This document shows, one piece after another, positions 1-12,700 of a stretch of DNA of 64,000 bases; within the stretch, counting starts at the first letter, position 1, and each line of letters starts with the position of its first letter. The stretch spans positions 236,840,001-236,904,000 of the forward strand of contig OZ024743.1 in NCBI GenBank assembly GCA_964016885.1. The letters are read 5' to 3'. The notes under the pieces were generated by a model. It made no database searches. It was not told where the DNA came from and was given only the letters and a program-made list of their open reading frames with translations. A program made the translations under genes and the position numbers. This stretch comes from Eledone cirrhosa. Its lineage: Eukaryota.

Positions 1-3000
1 GTCTGTCTTGTTATAGACAGCTACAGTATTAACAATTCTGTCTAAGTCTAAAGTCTGTCTTGTTATGGACAGCTACAGTATTGATTAGTCTGTCTAAGTC
101 TAAAGTCTGTCTTGTTATAGACAGCTACAGTATTGATTAGTCTGTCTAAGTCTAAAGTCTGTCTTATTATAGACAGCTACAGTATTGACAATTCTGTGTA
201 AGTCTAAAGTCTGTCTTATTATAGACAGCTACAGTACTGATTAGTCTGTCTAATTCTAAAGTCTGTCTTGTTATAGACAACTACAGTATTAATTAGTCTG
301 TCTAAGTCTAAAGTCTGTCTTATTATAGACAGCTACAGTATTGACAATTCTGTCTAAGTCTAAAGTCTGTCTTATTATAGACAGCTACAGTAATGATTAG
401 TCTGTCTAAGTCTAAAGTCTGTCTTGTTATAGACAGCTACAGTACTGATTAGTCTGTCTAAGTCTAAAGTCTGTCTTGTTATAGACAACTACACTACTGA
501 TTAGTCTGTCTAAGTCTAAAGTCTGTCTTGTTGTAGACAGCTACAGTATTGATTAGTCTTTCTAAGTTTAAAGTCTTTCTTATTATAGACAGCTACAGTA
601 CTGATTAGTCTGTCTAAGTCTAAAGTCTGTCTTATTATAGACAGCTACAGTATTGACAATTCTCTCTAAGTCTAAAGTCTGTCTTATTATAGACAGCTAC
701 AGTACTGATTAGTCTGTCTAAGTCTAAAGTATGTCTTGTTATAGACAGCTACAGCATTGATTAGTCTGTCTAAGTCTAAAGTCTGTCTTGTTATAGACAG
801 CTACAGTATTGATTAGTCTGTCTAAGTCTAAAATCTGTCTTGTTATAGACAGCTACAGTATTGATTAGTCTGTCTAAGTCTAAAGTCTGTCTTGTTATGG
901 ACAGCTACAGTATTGATTCGTCTGTCTAAGTCTAAAGTCTGTCTTGTTATAGACAGCTACAGTATTGATTAGCCTGTCTAAGTTTAAAGTCTTTCTTATT
1001 ATAGACAGCTACAGTACTGATTAGTCTGTCTATGTCTAAAGTCTGTCTTATTATAGACAGCTACAGTATTGACAATTCTCTCTAAGTCTAAAGTCTGTCT
1101 TATTATAGACAGCTACAGTATTGATTAGTCTGTTTCAGTCTAAAGTCTGCCTTAATATAGACAGCTACAGTACTGATTAGTCTGTCTAAGTCTAAAGTCT
1201 GTCTTGTTATACACAGCTACAGTATTGATTAGTCTGTCTAAGTCTAAAGTCTGTCTTATTATAGACAGCTAGAGTATTGATTAGTCAGTCTAAGTCTAAA
1301 GTCTGTCTTGTTATAGACAGCTACAGTATTGACAATTCTGTCTATGTCTAAAGTCTGTCTTTTTATAGACCGCTACAGTATTGACAATAATGTCTAAGTC
1401 TAAAGTCTGTCTTATTATAGACCGCTACAGTATTGACAATAATGTCTAAGTCTGAAGTCTGTCTTATTATAGACAGCTACAGTACTGATTTGTCTGTCTA
1501 AGTCTAAAGTTTGTCTTGTTATAGACAACTACAGTATTGATTAGTCTGTCTAATTCTAAAGTCTGTCTTATTATAGACAGCTACAGTATTGACAATTCCG
1601 TCTAAGTCTAAAGTCTGTATTATTATAGAGAGATACAGTACTGATTAGTCTGTCTAATTCTAAAGTCTGTCTTGTTATAGACAGCAACAGCATTGATTAG
1701 TCTGTCTATGTCTAAAGTCTGTCTTATTATAGACAGCTACAGTATTGATTAGTCTGTCTAAGTCTAAAGTCTGTCTTATCATAGACAGCTACAGTACTTA
1801 TTAGTCTGTCTAAGTCTAAAGTCTGTCTTATTATAGACAGCTACAGTATTGACAATTCTCTCTAAGTCTAAATTCTGTCTTATTATAGACAGCTACAGTA
1901 TTGATTAGTCTGTTTAAGTCTAAAGTCTGTCTTATTATAGACAGCTACAGTACTGATTAGTCTGTCTAAGTCTAAAGTGTGTCTTGTTATAGACAGCTAC
2001 AGCATTGATTAGTCTGTCTAAGTCTAAAGTCTGTCTTATTATAGACAGCTACAGTATTGATTAGTCTGTCTAAGTCTAAAGTCTGTCTTATTATAGACAG
2101 TGACAGTACTGATTCGTCCGTCTAAGTCTAAAGTCTGTCTTATTATAGACAGCTACAGTATTGACAATTCTCTCTAAGTCTAAAGTCTGTCTTATTATAG
2201 ACAGCTACAGTATTGATTAGTCTGTCTAAGTCTAAAGTCTGTCTTATTATAGAGAGTGACAGTACTGATTAGTCCGTCTAAGTCTAAAGTCTGTCTTATT
2301 ATAGACAGCTACAGTATTGACAATTCTGTCTACGTCTAAAGTCTATCTTGTTATAGACAGCTACAGTATTGATTAGTCTGTCTAAGTCTAATGTCTGTCT
2401 TATTATAGACAGCTACAGTATTGACAATTCTGTCTAAGTCTATAGTCTGTCTTGTTATAGACAGCTACAGTATTGATTAGTCTGTCTAAGTCTAAAGTCT
2501 GTCTTATTATAGACAGCTACAGCATTGATAATTCTGTCTCAGTCTGAAGTCCGTCTTTTTATAGACAGCTACAGTATTGATTAGTCTGTCTAAGTCTAAA
2601 GTCTGTCTTATTATAGTCAGCTACAGTATTGACAATTCTGTCTAAGTCTAAAGTCTGTCTTGTTATAGACAGCTACAGTATTGATTAGTCTGTCTAAGTT
2701 TAAAGTCTTTCTTATTATAGACAGCTACAATACTGGTTAGTCTGTCTATGTCTAAAGTCTGTCTTATTATAGACAGCTACAGTATTGACAATTCTCTCTA
2801 AGTCTAAAGTCTGTCTTATTATAGACAGCTACTGTATTGATTAGTCTGTTTCAGTCTAAAGTCTGCCTTAATATAGACAGCTACAGTACTGATTAGTCTG
2901 TCTAATTCTAAAGTCTGTCTTGTTATACACAGCTACAGTATTGATTAGTCTGTCTAAGTCTAAAGTCTGGCTTATTATAGACAGCTACAGTACTGATTAG

Positions 3001-6000
3001 TCTGTCTAAGTCTAAAGTCTGTCTTGTTATAGACAGTTACAGTATGGATTAGTCTGTCTAAGTCTAAAGTCTGTCTCATTATAGACCGCTACAGTATTGA
3101 CAATAATATCTAAGTCTAAAGTATGTCTTATTATAGACAGCTACAGTACTGATTAGTCTGTCTAAGTCTAAAGTCGGTCCTGTTATAGACAACTACAGTA
3201 TTGATTAGTCTGTCTAAGTCTAAATCTGTCTTATTATAGACAGCTACAGTATTGACAATTCTGTCTAAGTCTAAAGTCTGTCTTGTTATAGACAGCTACA
3301 GTATTGATTAATCTGTCTAAGTCTAAAGTCTGTCTTGTTATAGACAGCTACAGTATTGATTAGTCTGTCGAAGTCTAAAGTCTGTCTTGTTATGGACAGC
3401 TACAGTATTGATTAGTCTGTCTAAGTCTAAAGTCTGTCTTGTTATAGACAGCTACAGTATTAATTAGTCTGTCTAAGTCTAAAGTCTGTCTTATTATAGA
3501 CAGCTACAGTATTGACAATTCTGTGTAAGTCTAAAGTCTGTCTTATTATAGACAGCTACAGTACTGATTAGTCTGTCTAAGTCTAAAGTCTGTTTTGTTA
3601 TAGACAACTACAGTATTGATTAGTCTGTCTAAGTCTAAAGTCTGTCTTATTATAGACAGCTACAGTACTGATTAGTCTGTCTAAGTCTAAAGTCTGTCTT
3701 ATTATAGACAGCTACAGTAATGATTCGTCTGTCTAAGTCTAAAGTCTGTGTTGTTATAGACAGCTACAGTACTGATTAGTCTGTCTAAGTCTAAAGTCTG
3801 TCTTGTTATAGACAACTACACTATTGATTAGTCTGTCTAAGTCTAAAGTCTGTCTTGTTATAGACAGCTACAGTATTGATTAGTCTTTCTAAGTTTAAAG
3901 TCTTTCTTATTATAGACAGCTACAGTACTGATTAGTCTGTCTAAGTCTAAAGTCTGTCTTATTATAGACAGCTACAGTATGGACAATTCTCTCTAAGTCT
4001 AAAGTCTGTCTTATTATAGACAGCTACAGTACTGATTAGTCTGTCTAAGTCTAAAGTATGTCTTGTTATAGACAGCTACAGCATTGATTAGTCTGTCTAA
4101 GTCTAAAGTCTGTCTTGTTATAGACAGCTACAGTATTGATTAGTCTGTCTAAGTCTAAAATCTGTCTTGTTATAGACAGCTACAGTATTGATTAGTCTGT
4201 CTAAGTCTAAAGTCTGTCTTGTTATAGACAGCTACAGTATTGATTAGTCTGTCGAAGTCTAAAGTCTGTCTTGTTATGGACAGCTACAGTATTGATTAGT
4301 CTGTCTAAGTCTAAAGTCTGTCTTGTTATAGACAGCTACAGTATTGATTAGTCTGTCTAAGTTTAAAGTCTTTCTTATTATAGACAGCTACAGTACTGAT
4401 TAGTCTGTCTATGTCTAAAGTCTGTCTTATTAAAGACAGCTACAGTATTGACAATTCTCTCTAAGTCTAAAGTCTGTCTTATTATAGACAGCTACAGTAT
4501 TGATTAGTCTGTTTCAGTCTAAAGTCTGCCTTAATATAGACAGCTACAGTACTGATTAGTCTGTCTAAGTCTAAAGTCTGTCTTGTTATACACAGCTACA
4601 GTATTGATTAGTCTGTCTAAGTCTAAAGTCTGTCTTATTATAGACAGCTAGAGTATTGATTAGTCAGTCTAAGTCTAAAGTCTGTCTTGTTATAGACAGC
4701 TACAGTATTGACAATTCTGTCTATGTCTAAAGTCTGTCTTTTTATAGACCGCTACAGTATTGACAATATTGTCTAAGTCTAAAGTCTGTCTTATTATAGA
4801 CCGCTACAGTATTGACAATAATGTCTAAGTCTAAAGTCTGTCTTATTAAAGACAGCTACAGTACTGATTAGTCTGTCTAAGTCTAAAGTCTGTCTTGCTA
4901 TAGACAGCTACAGTATTGACAATTCTGTCTAAGCCTAAAGTATGTCTTATTATAGACAGCTACATTGTTGATTAGTCTGTCTAAGTCTAAAGTATGTCTT
5001 ATTATAGACAGCTACAGTACTGATTAGTCTGTCTAAGTCTAAAGTCTGTCTTGTTATAGACAGCTACAGTATTAACAATTCTGTCTAAGTCTAAAGTCTG
5101 TCTTGTTATGGACAGCTACAGTATTGATTAGTCTGTCTAAGTCTAAAGTCTGTCTTGTTATAGACAGCTACAGTATTGATTAGTCTGTCTAAGTCTAAAG
5201 TCTGTCTTATTATAGACAGCTACAGTATTGACAATTCTGTGTAAGTCTAAAGTCTGTCTTATTATAGACAGCTACAGTACTGATTAGTCTGTCTAATTCT
5301 AAAGTCTGTCTTGTTATAGACAACTACAGTATTAATTAGTCTGTCTAAGTCTAAAGTCTGTCTTATTATAGACAGCTACAGTATTGACAATTCTGTCTAA
5401 GTCTAAAGTCTGTCTTATTATAGACAGCTACAGTAATGATTAGTCTGTCTAAGTCTAAAGTCTGTCTTGTTATAGACAGCTACAGTACTGATTAGTCTGT
5501 CTAAGTCTAAAGTCTGTCTTGTTATAGACAACTACACTACTGATTAGTCTGTCTAAGTCTAAAGTCTGTCTTGTTGTAGACAGCTACAGTATTGATTAGT
5601 CTTTCTAAGTTTAAAGTCTTTCTTATTATAGACAGCTACAGTACTGATTAGTCTGTCTAAGTCTAAAGTCTGTCTTATTATAGACAGCTACAGTATTGAC
5701 AATTCTCTCTAAGTCTAAAGTCTGTCTTATTATAGACAGCTACAGTACTGATTAGTCTGTCTAAGTCTAAAGTATGTCTTGTTATAGACAGCTACAGCAT
5801 TGATTAGTCTGTCTAAGTCTAAAGTCTGTCTTGTTATAGACAGCTACAGTATTGATTAGTCTGTCTAAGTCTAAAATCTGTCTTGTTATAGACAGCTACA
5901 GTATTGATTAGTCTGTCTAAGTCTAAAGTCTGTCTTGTTATGGACAGCTACAGTATTGATTCGTCTGTCTAAGTCTAAAGTCTGTCTTGTTATAGACAGC

Positions 6001-8412
6001 TACAGTATTGATTAGCCTGTCTAAGTTTAAAGTCTTTCTTATTATAGACAGCTACAGTACTGATTAGTCTGTCTATGTCTAAAGTCTGTCTTATTATAGA
6101 CAGCTACAGTATTGACAATTCTCTCTAAGTCTAAAGTCTGTCTTATTATAGACAGCTACAGTATTGATTAGTCTGTTTCAGTCTAAAGTCTGCCTTAATA
6201 TAGACAGCTACAGTACTGATTAGTCTGTCTAAGTCTAAAGTCTGTCTTGTTATACACAGCTACAGTATTGATTAGTCTGTCTAAGTCTAAAGTCTGTCTT
6301 ATTATAGACAGCTAGAGTATTGATTAGTCAGTCTAAGTCTAAAGTCTGTCTTGTTATAGACAGCTACAGTATTGACAATTCTGTCTATGTCTAAAGTCTG
6401 TCTTTTTATAGACCGCTACAGTATTGACAATAATGTCTAAGTCTAAAGTCTGTCTTATTATAGACCGCTACAGTATTGACAATAATGTCTAAGTCTGAAG
6501 TCTGTCTTATTATAGACAGCTACAGTACTGATTTGTCTGTCTAAGTCTAAAGTTTGTCTTGTTATAGACAACTACAGTATTGATTAGTCTGTCTAATTCT
6601 AAAGTCTGTCTTATTATAGACAGCTACAGTATTGACAATTCCGTCTAAGTCTAAAGTCTGTATTATTATAGAGAGATACAGTACTGATTAGTCTGTCTAA
6701 TTCTAAAGTCTGTCTTGTTATAGACAGCAACAGCATTGATTAGTCTGTCTATGTCTAAAGTCTGTCTTATTATAGACAGCTACAGTATTGATTAGTCTGT
6801 CTAAGTCTAAAGTCTGTCTTATCATAGACAGCTACAGTACTTATTAGTCTGTCTAAGTCTAAAGTCTGTCTTATTATAGACAGCTACAGTATTGACAATT
6901 CTCTCTAAGTCTAAATTCTGTCTTATTATAGACAGCTACAGTATTGATTAGTCTGTTTAAGTCTAAAGTCTGTCTTATTATAGACAGCTACAGTACTGAT
7001 TAGTCTGTCTAAGTCTAAAGTGTGTCTTGTTATAGACAGCTACAGCATTGATTAGTCTGTCTAAGTCTAAAGTCTGTCTTATTATAGACAGCTACAGTAT
7101 TGATTAGTCTGTCTAAGTCTAAAGTCTGTCTTATTATAGACAGTGACAGTACTGATTCGTCCGTCTAAGTCTAAAGTCTGTCTTATTATAGACAGCTACA
7201 GTATTGACAATTCTCTCTAAGTCTAAAGTCTGTCTTATTATAGACAGCTACAGTATTGATTAGTCTGTCTAAGTCTAAAGTCTGTCTTATTATAGAGAGT
7301 GACAGTACTGATTAGTCCGTCTAAGTCTAAAGTCTGTCTTATTATAGACAGCTACAGTATTGACAATTCTGTCTACGTCTAAAGTCTATCTTGTTATAGA
7401 CAGCTACAGTATTGATTAGTCTGTCTAAGTCTAATGTCTGTCTTATTATAGACAGCTACAGTATTGACAATTCTGTCTAAGTCTATAGTCTGTCTTGTTA
7501 TAGACAGCTACAGTATTGATTAGTCTGTCTAAGTCTAAAGTCTGTCTTATTATAGACAGCTACAGCATTGATAATTCTGTCTCAGTCTGAAGTCCGTCTT
7601 TTTATAGACAGCTACAGTATTGATTAGTCTGTCTAAGTCTAAAGTCTGTCTTATTATAGTCAGCTACAGTATTGACAATTCTGTCTAAGTCTAAAGTCTG
7701 TCTTGTTATAGACAGCTACAGTATTGATTAGTCTGTCTAAGTTTAAAGTCTTTCTTATTATAGACAGCTACAATACTGGTTAGTCTGTCTATGTCTAAAG
7801 TCTGTCTTATTATAGACAGCTACAGTATTGACAATTCTCTCTAAGTCTAAAGTCTGTCTTATTATAGACAGCTACTGTATTGATTAGTCTGTTTCAGTCT
7901 AAAGTCTGCCTTAATATAGACAGCTACAGTACTGATTAGTCTGTCTAATTCTAAAGTCTGTCTTGTTATACACAGCTACAGTATTGATTAGTCTGTCTAA
8001 GTCTAAAGTCTGGCTTATTATAGACAGCTACAGTACTGATTAGTCTGTCTAAGTCTAAAGTCTGTCTTGTTATAGACAGTTACAGTATGGATTAGTCTGT
8101 CTAAGTCTAAAGTCTGTCTCATTATAGACCGCTACAGTATTGACAATAATATCTAAGTCTAAAGTATGTCTTATTATAGACAGCTACAGTACTGATTAGT
8201 CTGTCTAAGTCTAAAGTCGGTCCTGTTATAGACAACTACAGTATTGATTAGTCTGTCTAAGTCTAAATCTGTCTTATTATAGACAGCTACAGTATTGACA
8301 ATTCTGTCTAAGTCTAAAGTCTGTCTTGTTATAGACAGCTACAGTATTGATTAATCTGTCTAAGTCTAAAGTCTGTCTTGTTATAGACAGCTACAGTATT
8401 GATTAGTCTGTC
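1..8412. repeat. Higher-order duplication, period 5043 bp (97 monomers minus 1 bp): 1-3369 recurs at 5044-8412
   Basis: Rare variants recur at an offset of exactly 5043: attaacaatt (28/5071), gttatggac, ttgtagac, gagagatac, gtcggtcctg, and the 1-bp deletion taaatctg. The match ends at 3370 (g) vs 8413 (t). Confidence 0.92.
3380..4860. repeat. Older, slightly diverged copy of ~53-1490 (offset 3327, then 3379 after one extra monomer)
   Basis: Same ordered markers (gttatggac, ctgtgtaag, cagtaatg, actacacta, ctttctaagttt, gcctta, atacacag, gctagag, two ccgctac...caataat-type monomers), with scattered differences. Confidence 0.8.
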
Positions 8413-8649
8413 TAAGTCTAAAGTCTGTCTTGTTATAGACAACTACAGTATTGATTAGTCTGTATAAGTCTAAAGTCTGTATTATTATAGACAGTTACAG
8501 TATTGATTAGTCTGTCTAAGTCTAAAGTCTGTCTTGTTATAGACAGCTACAGTATTGACAATTCTGTCTAAGTCTAACGTCAGTCTTATTATAGACAGCT
8601 ACATTATTTATTAGTCTGTCTAAGTCTAAAGTCTGTCTTATTATTGACA

Positions 8650-9720
8650 GCTACAGTACTGATTAGTCTGTCTAAGTCTAAAGTATGTCTTGTTATAGAC
8701 AGTTACAGTATTGATTAGTCTGTCTAAGTCTAAAGTCTGTCTTATTATAGACCGCTACAGTATTGACAATAATGTCTAAGTCTAAAGTCTGTCTTATTAT
8801 AGACAGCTACAGTACTGATTAGTCTGTCTAAGTCTAAAGTCTGTCTTGTTATAGACAACTACAGTATTGATTAGTCTGTCTAAGTCTAAAGTCTGTCTTA
8901 TTATAGACAGCTACAGTTTGACAATTCTGTCTAAGTCTAAAGTCTGTCTTATTATAGACATCTACAGTACCGATTAGTCTGTCTAAGTCTAAAGTATGTC
9001 TTGTTATAGACAGTTACAGTATTGATTAGTCTGTCTAAGTCTAAAGTCTGTCTTATTATAGACCGCTACAGTATTGACAATAATGTCTAAGTCTAAAGTC
9101 TGTCTTATTATAGACAGCTACAGTACTGATTAGTCTGTCTAAGTCTAAAGTCTGTCTTGTTATAGACAACTACAGTATTGATTAGTCTGTCTAAGTCTAA
9201 AGTCTGTCTTATTATAGACAGCTACAGTTTGACAATTGTGTCTAAGTCTAAAGTCTGTCTTATTATAGACAGCTACAGTACCGATTAGTCTGTCTAAGTC
9301 TAAAGTATGTCTTGTTATAGACAGTTACAGTATTGATTAGTCTGTCTAAGTCTAAAGTCTGTCTTATTATAGACCGCTACAGTATTGACAATAATGTCTA
9401 AGTCTAAAGTCTGTCTTATTATAGACAGCTACAGTACTGATTAGTCTGTCTAAGTCTAAAGTCTGTCTTGTTATAGACAACTACAGTATTGATTAGTCTG
9501 TCTAAGTCTAAAGTCTGTCTTATTATAGACAGCTACAGTTTGACAATTCTGTCTGAGTCTAAAGTCTGTCTTATTATAGACAGCTACAGTACTGATTAGT
9601 CTGTCTAAGTCTAAAGTATGTCTTGTTATAGACAGTTACAGTATTGATTAGTCTGTCTAAGTCTAAAGTCTGTCTTATTATAGACCGCTACAGTATTGAC
9701 AATAATGTCTAAGTCTAAAG
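8650..9720. repeat. Short higher-order repeat: 311-bp hexamer (6x52 minus 1), ~3.5 copies
   Basis: accgctac at 8751, 9062, 9373 and 9684 (spacing 311). Each unit also carries aagtatg, gacagttac, gacaactac and the 1-bp deletion cagtttgac. Confidence 0.9.
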
Positions 9721-12700
9721 TATGTCTTGTTATAGACAGCTACAGCATTGATTAGTCTGTCTAAGTCTAAAGTCTGTCTTGTTATAGACAGTGACAGTAC
9801 TGATTAGTCCGTCTAAGTCTAAAGTCTGTCTTATTATAGACAGCTACAGTATTGATTAGTCTGTCTAAGTCTAAAGTCTGTCTTATTATAGACAGTGACA
9901 GTACTGATTAGTCCGTCTAAGTCTAAAGTCTGTCTTATTATAGACAGCTACAGTATTGACAATTCTGTCTAAGTCTAAAGTCTGTCTTGTTATAGACAGC
10001 TACAGTATTGATTAGTCTGTCTAAGTCTAAAGTCTGTCTTACCATAGACAGCTACAGTATTGACAATTCTGTCTCAGTCTAAAGTCCGTCTTGTTATAGA
10101 CAGCTACAGTATTGATTAGTCTGTCTAAGTCTAAAGTCTGTCTTATTATAGACAGCTACAGTATTGACAATTCTGTCTAAGTCTAAAGTCTGTCTTGTTA
10201 TAGACAGCTACAGTTTTGATTAGTCTGTCTAAGTCTAAAGTCTGTCTTGATATAGACAACTACAGTATTGATTAGTCTGTCTAAGTCTAAAGTCTGTCTT
10301 ATTATAGACAGCTACAGTATTAACAATTCTCTCTCAGTCTAAAGTCTGTCTTATTATAGACAGCTACGGTATTGATTAGTCTGTTTAAGTCTAAAGTCTG
10401 CCTTAATATAGACAGCTTCAGTACTGATTAGTCTGTCTAAGTCTAAAGTCTGTCTTGTTATAGACAGCTACAGTATTGATTAATCTGTCTAAGTCTAATG
10501 TCTGTCTTATTATAGACAGCTACAGTATTGATTAGTCAGTCTAAGTCTAAAGTCTGTCTTATTATAGACAGCTACAGTATTGCTAATTCTGTCTAAGTCT
10601 AAATCTGTCTTGTTATAGACAGCTACAGTATTGATTAGTCTGTCTAAGTGTAAGATCTGTCTTATTATAGACAGCTACAGTATTGACAATTCTGTCTAAG
10701 TCTAAAGTATGTCTTGTTATAGACAGCTACAGTATTGATTAGTCTGTCTAAGTCTAAAGTCTGTCTTATTATAGACAGCTACAGTATTGATAAGTCTGTC
10801 TCAGTCTGAAGTACGTCTTGTTATAGACAGCTACAGTATTGATTAGTCTGTCTAAGTCTAAAGTCTGTCTTATTATAGACAGCTACACTATTGACAATTT
10901 TGTCTAAGTCTAAAGTCTGTCTTGTTATAGACAGCTACAGTATTGATTAGTCTGTCTAAGTTTAAAGTCTTTCTTATTATAGACAGCTACAGTACTGTTT
11001 AGTCTGTCTAAGTCTAAAGTCTGCCTTAATATAGACAGCTACAGTACTGATTAGTCTGTCTAAGTCTAAAGTCTGTCTTGTTATAGACAGCTACAGTATT
11101 GATTAGTCAGTCTAAGTCTAAAGTCTGTCTTATTATAGACAGCTACAGTATTGACAATTCTGTCTAAGACTAAAGTCTGTCTTGTTATAGACAGCTACAG
11201 TATTGATTAATCTGTCTAAGTTTAAAGTCTGTCTTGTTATAGACAGCTACAGTATTGATTAGTCTGTCTAAGTCTAAAGTCTGTCTTGTTATAGACAACT
11301 ACAGTATTGACAATTCTGTCTAATTCTAAAGTCTGTATTATTATAGACAGCTACAATATTGATTAGGCTGTTTAAATCTAAAGTCTGTATTATTATAGTC
11401 AGTTACAGTATTAATTAGTCTGTCTAAGTCTAAAGTCTGTCTTGTTATAGACAGCTACAGTATTGACAATTCTGTCTAAGTCTAAAGTCAGTCTTATTAT
11501 AGACAGCTACATTATTGGTTAGTCTGTCTAAGTCTAAAGTCTGTCTTATTATTGACAGCTACAGTACTGATTAGTCTGTCTATGTCTAAAGTCTGTCTTG
11601 TTATAGACAGTTACAGTATTGATTAGTCTGTCTAAGTCTAAAGTCTGTCTTATTATAGACCGCTACAGTATTGACAATAATGTCTAAGTCTAAAGTCTGT
11701 CTAATTATAGACAGCTACAGTACTGATTAGTCTGTCTAAGTCTAAAGTCTGTCTTGTTATTGTCAACTACAGTATTGATTAGTCTGTCTAAGTCTAAAGT
11801 CTGTCTTATTATAGACAGCTACAGTTTGACAATTCTGTGTAAGTCTAAAGTCTGTCTTATTATAGACAGCTACAGTACCGATTAGTCTGTCTAAGTCTAA
11901 AGTATGTCTTGTTATAGACAGCTACAGCATTGATTAGTCTGTCTAAGTCTAAAGTCTGTCTTATTATAGACAGTGACAGTACTGATTAGTCCGTCTAAGT
12001 CTAAAGTCTGTCTTATTATAGACAGCTACAGTATTGACAATTCTGTCTAAGTCTAAAGTCTGTCTCATTATAGACCGCTACAGTATTGACAATAATATCT
12101 AAGTCTAAAGTATGTCTTATTATAGACAGCTACAGTATTGATTAGTCTGTCTAAGTGTAAAGTCTGTCATGTTATAGACAACTACAGTATTGATTAGTCT
12201 GTCTAAGTCTAAAGTCTGTCTTATTATAGACAGCTACAGTTTGACAATTCTGTCTAAGTCTAAAGTCTGTATTATTATAGACAGCTACAGTATTGATTAG
12301 TGTGTATAAGTCTAAAGTCTGTATTATTATAGACAGTTACAGTATTGATTAGTCTGTCTAAGTCTAAAGTCTGTCTTGTTATAGACAGCTACAGTATTGA
12401 CAATTCTGTCTAAGTCTAAAGTCAGTCTTATTATAGACAGCTACATTATTGATTAGTCTGTCTAAGTCTAAAGTCTGTTTTATTATAGACAGCTACAGTA
12501 CTGATTAATCTGTCTAAGTCTAAAATCTGTCTTATTATAGACAACTTCAGTATTGATTAGTCTGTCTAAGTCTAAAGTCTGTCTTATTATAGACAGCTAC
12601 AGTTTGACAATTCTGTCTAAGTCTAAAGGCTGTCTTATTATAGACAGCTACAATACCGATTAGTCTGTCTAAGTCTAAAGTATGTCTTGTTATAGACAGC

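Noticed and set aside
185-225. Sigma70 promoter: perfect TTGACA in CAAT-type monomers with TATTAT/TTATAG downstream
   Set aside because: The -10-like hexamer is 26 bp or more from TTGACA, not 16-18 bp. There is no downstream gene and no evidence of a bacterial context.
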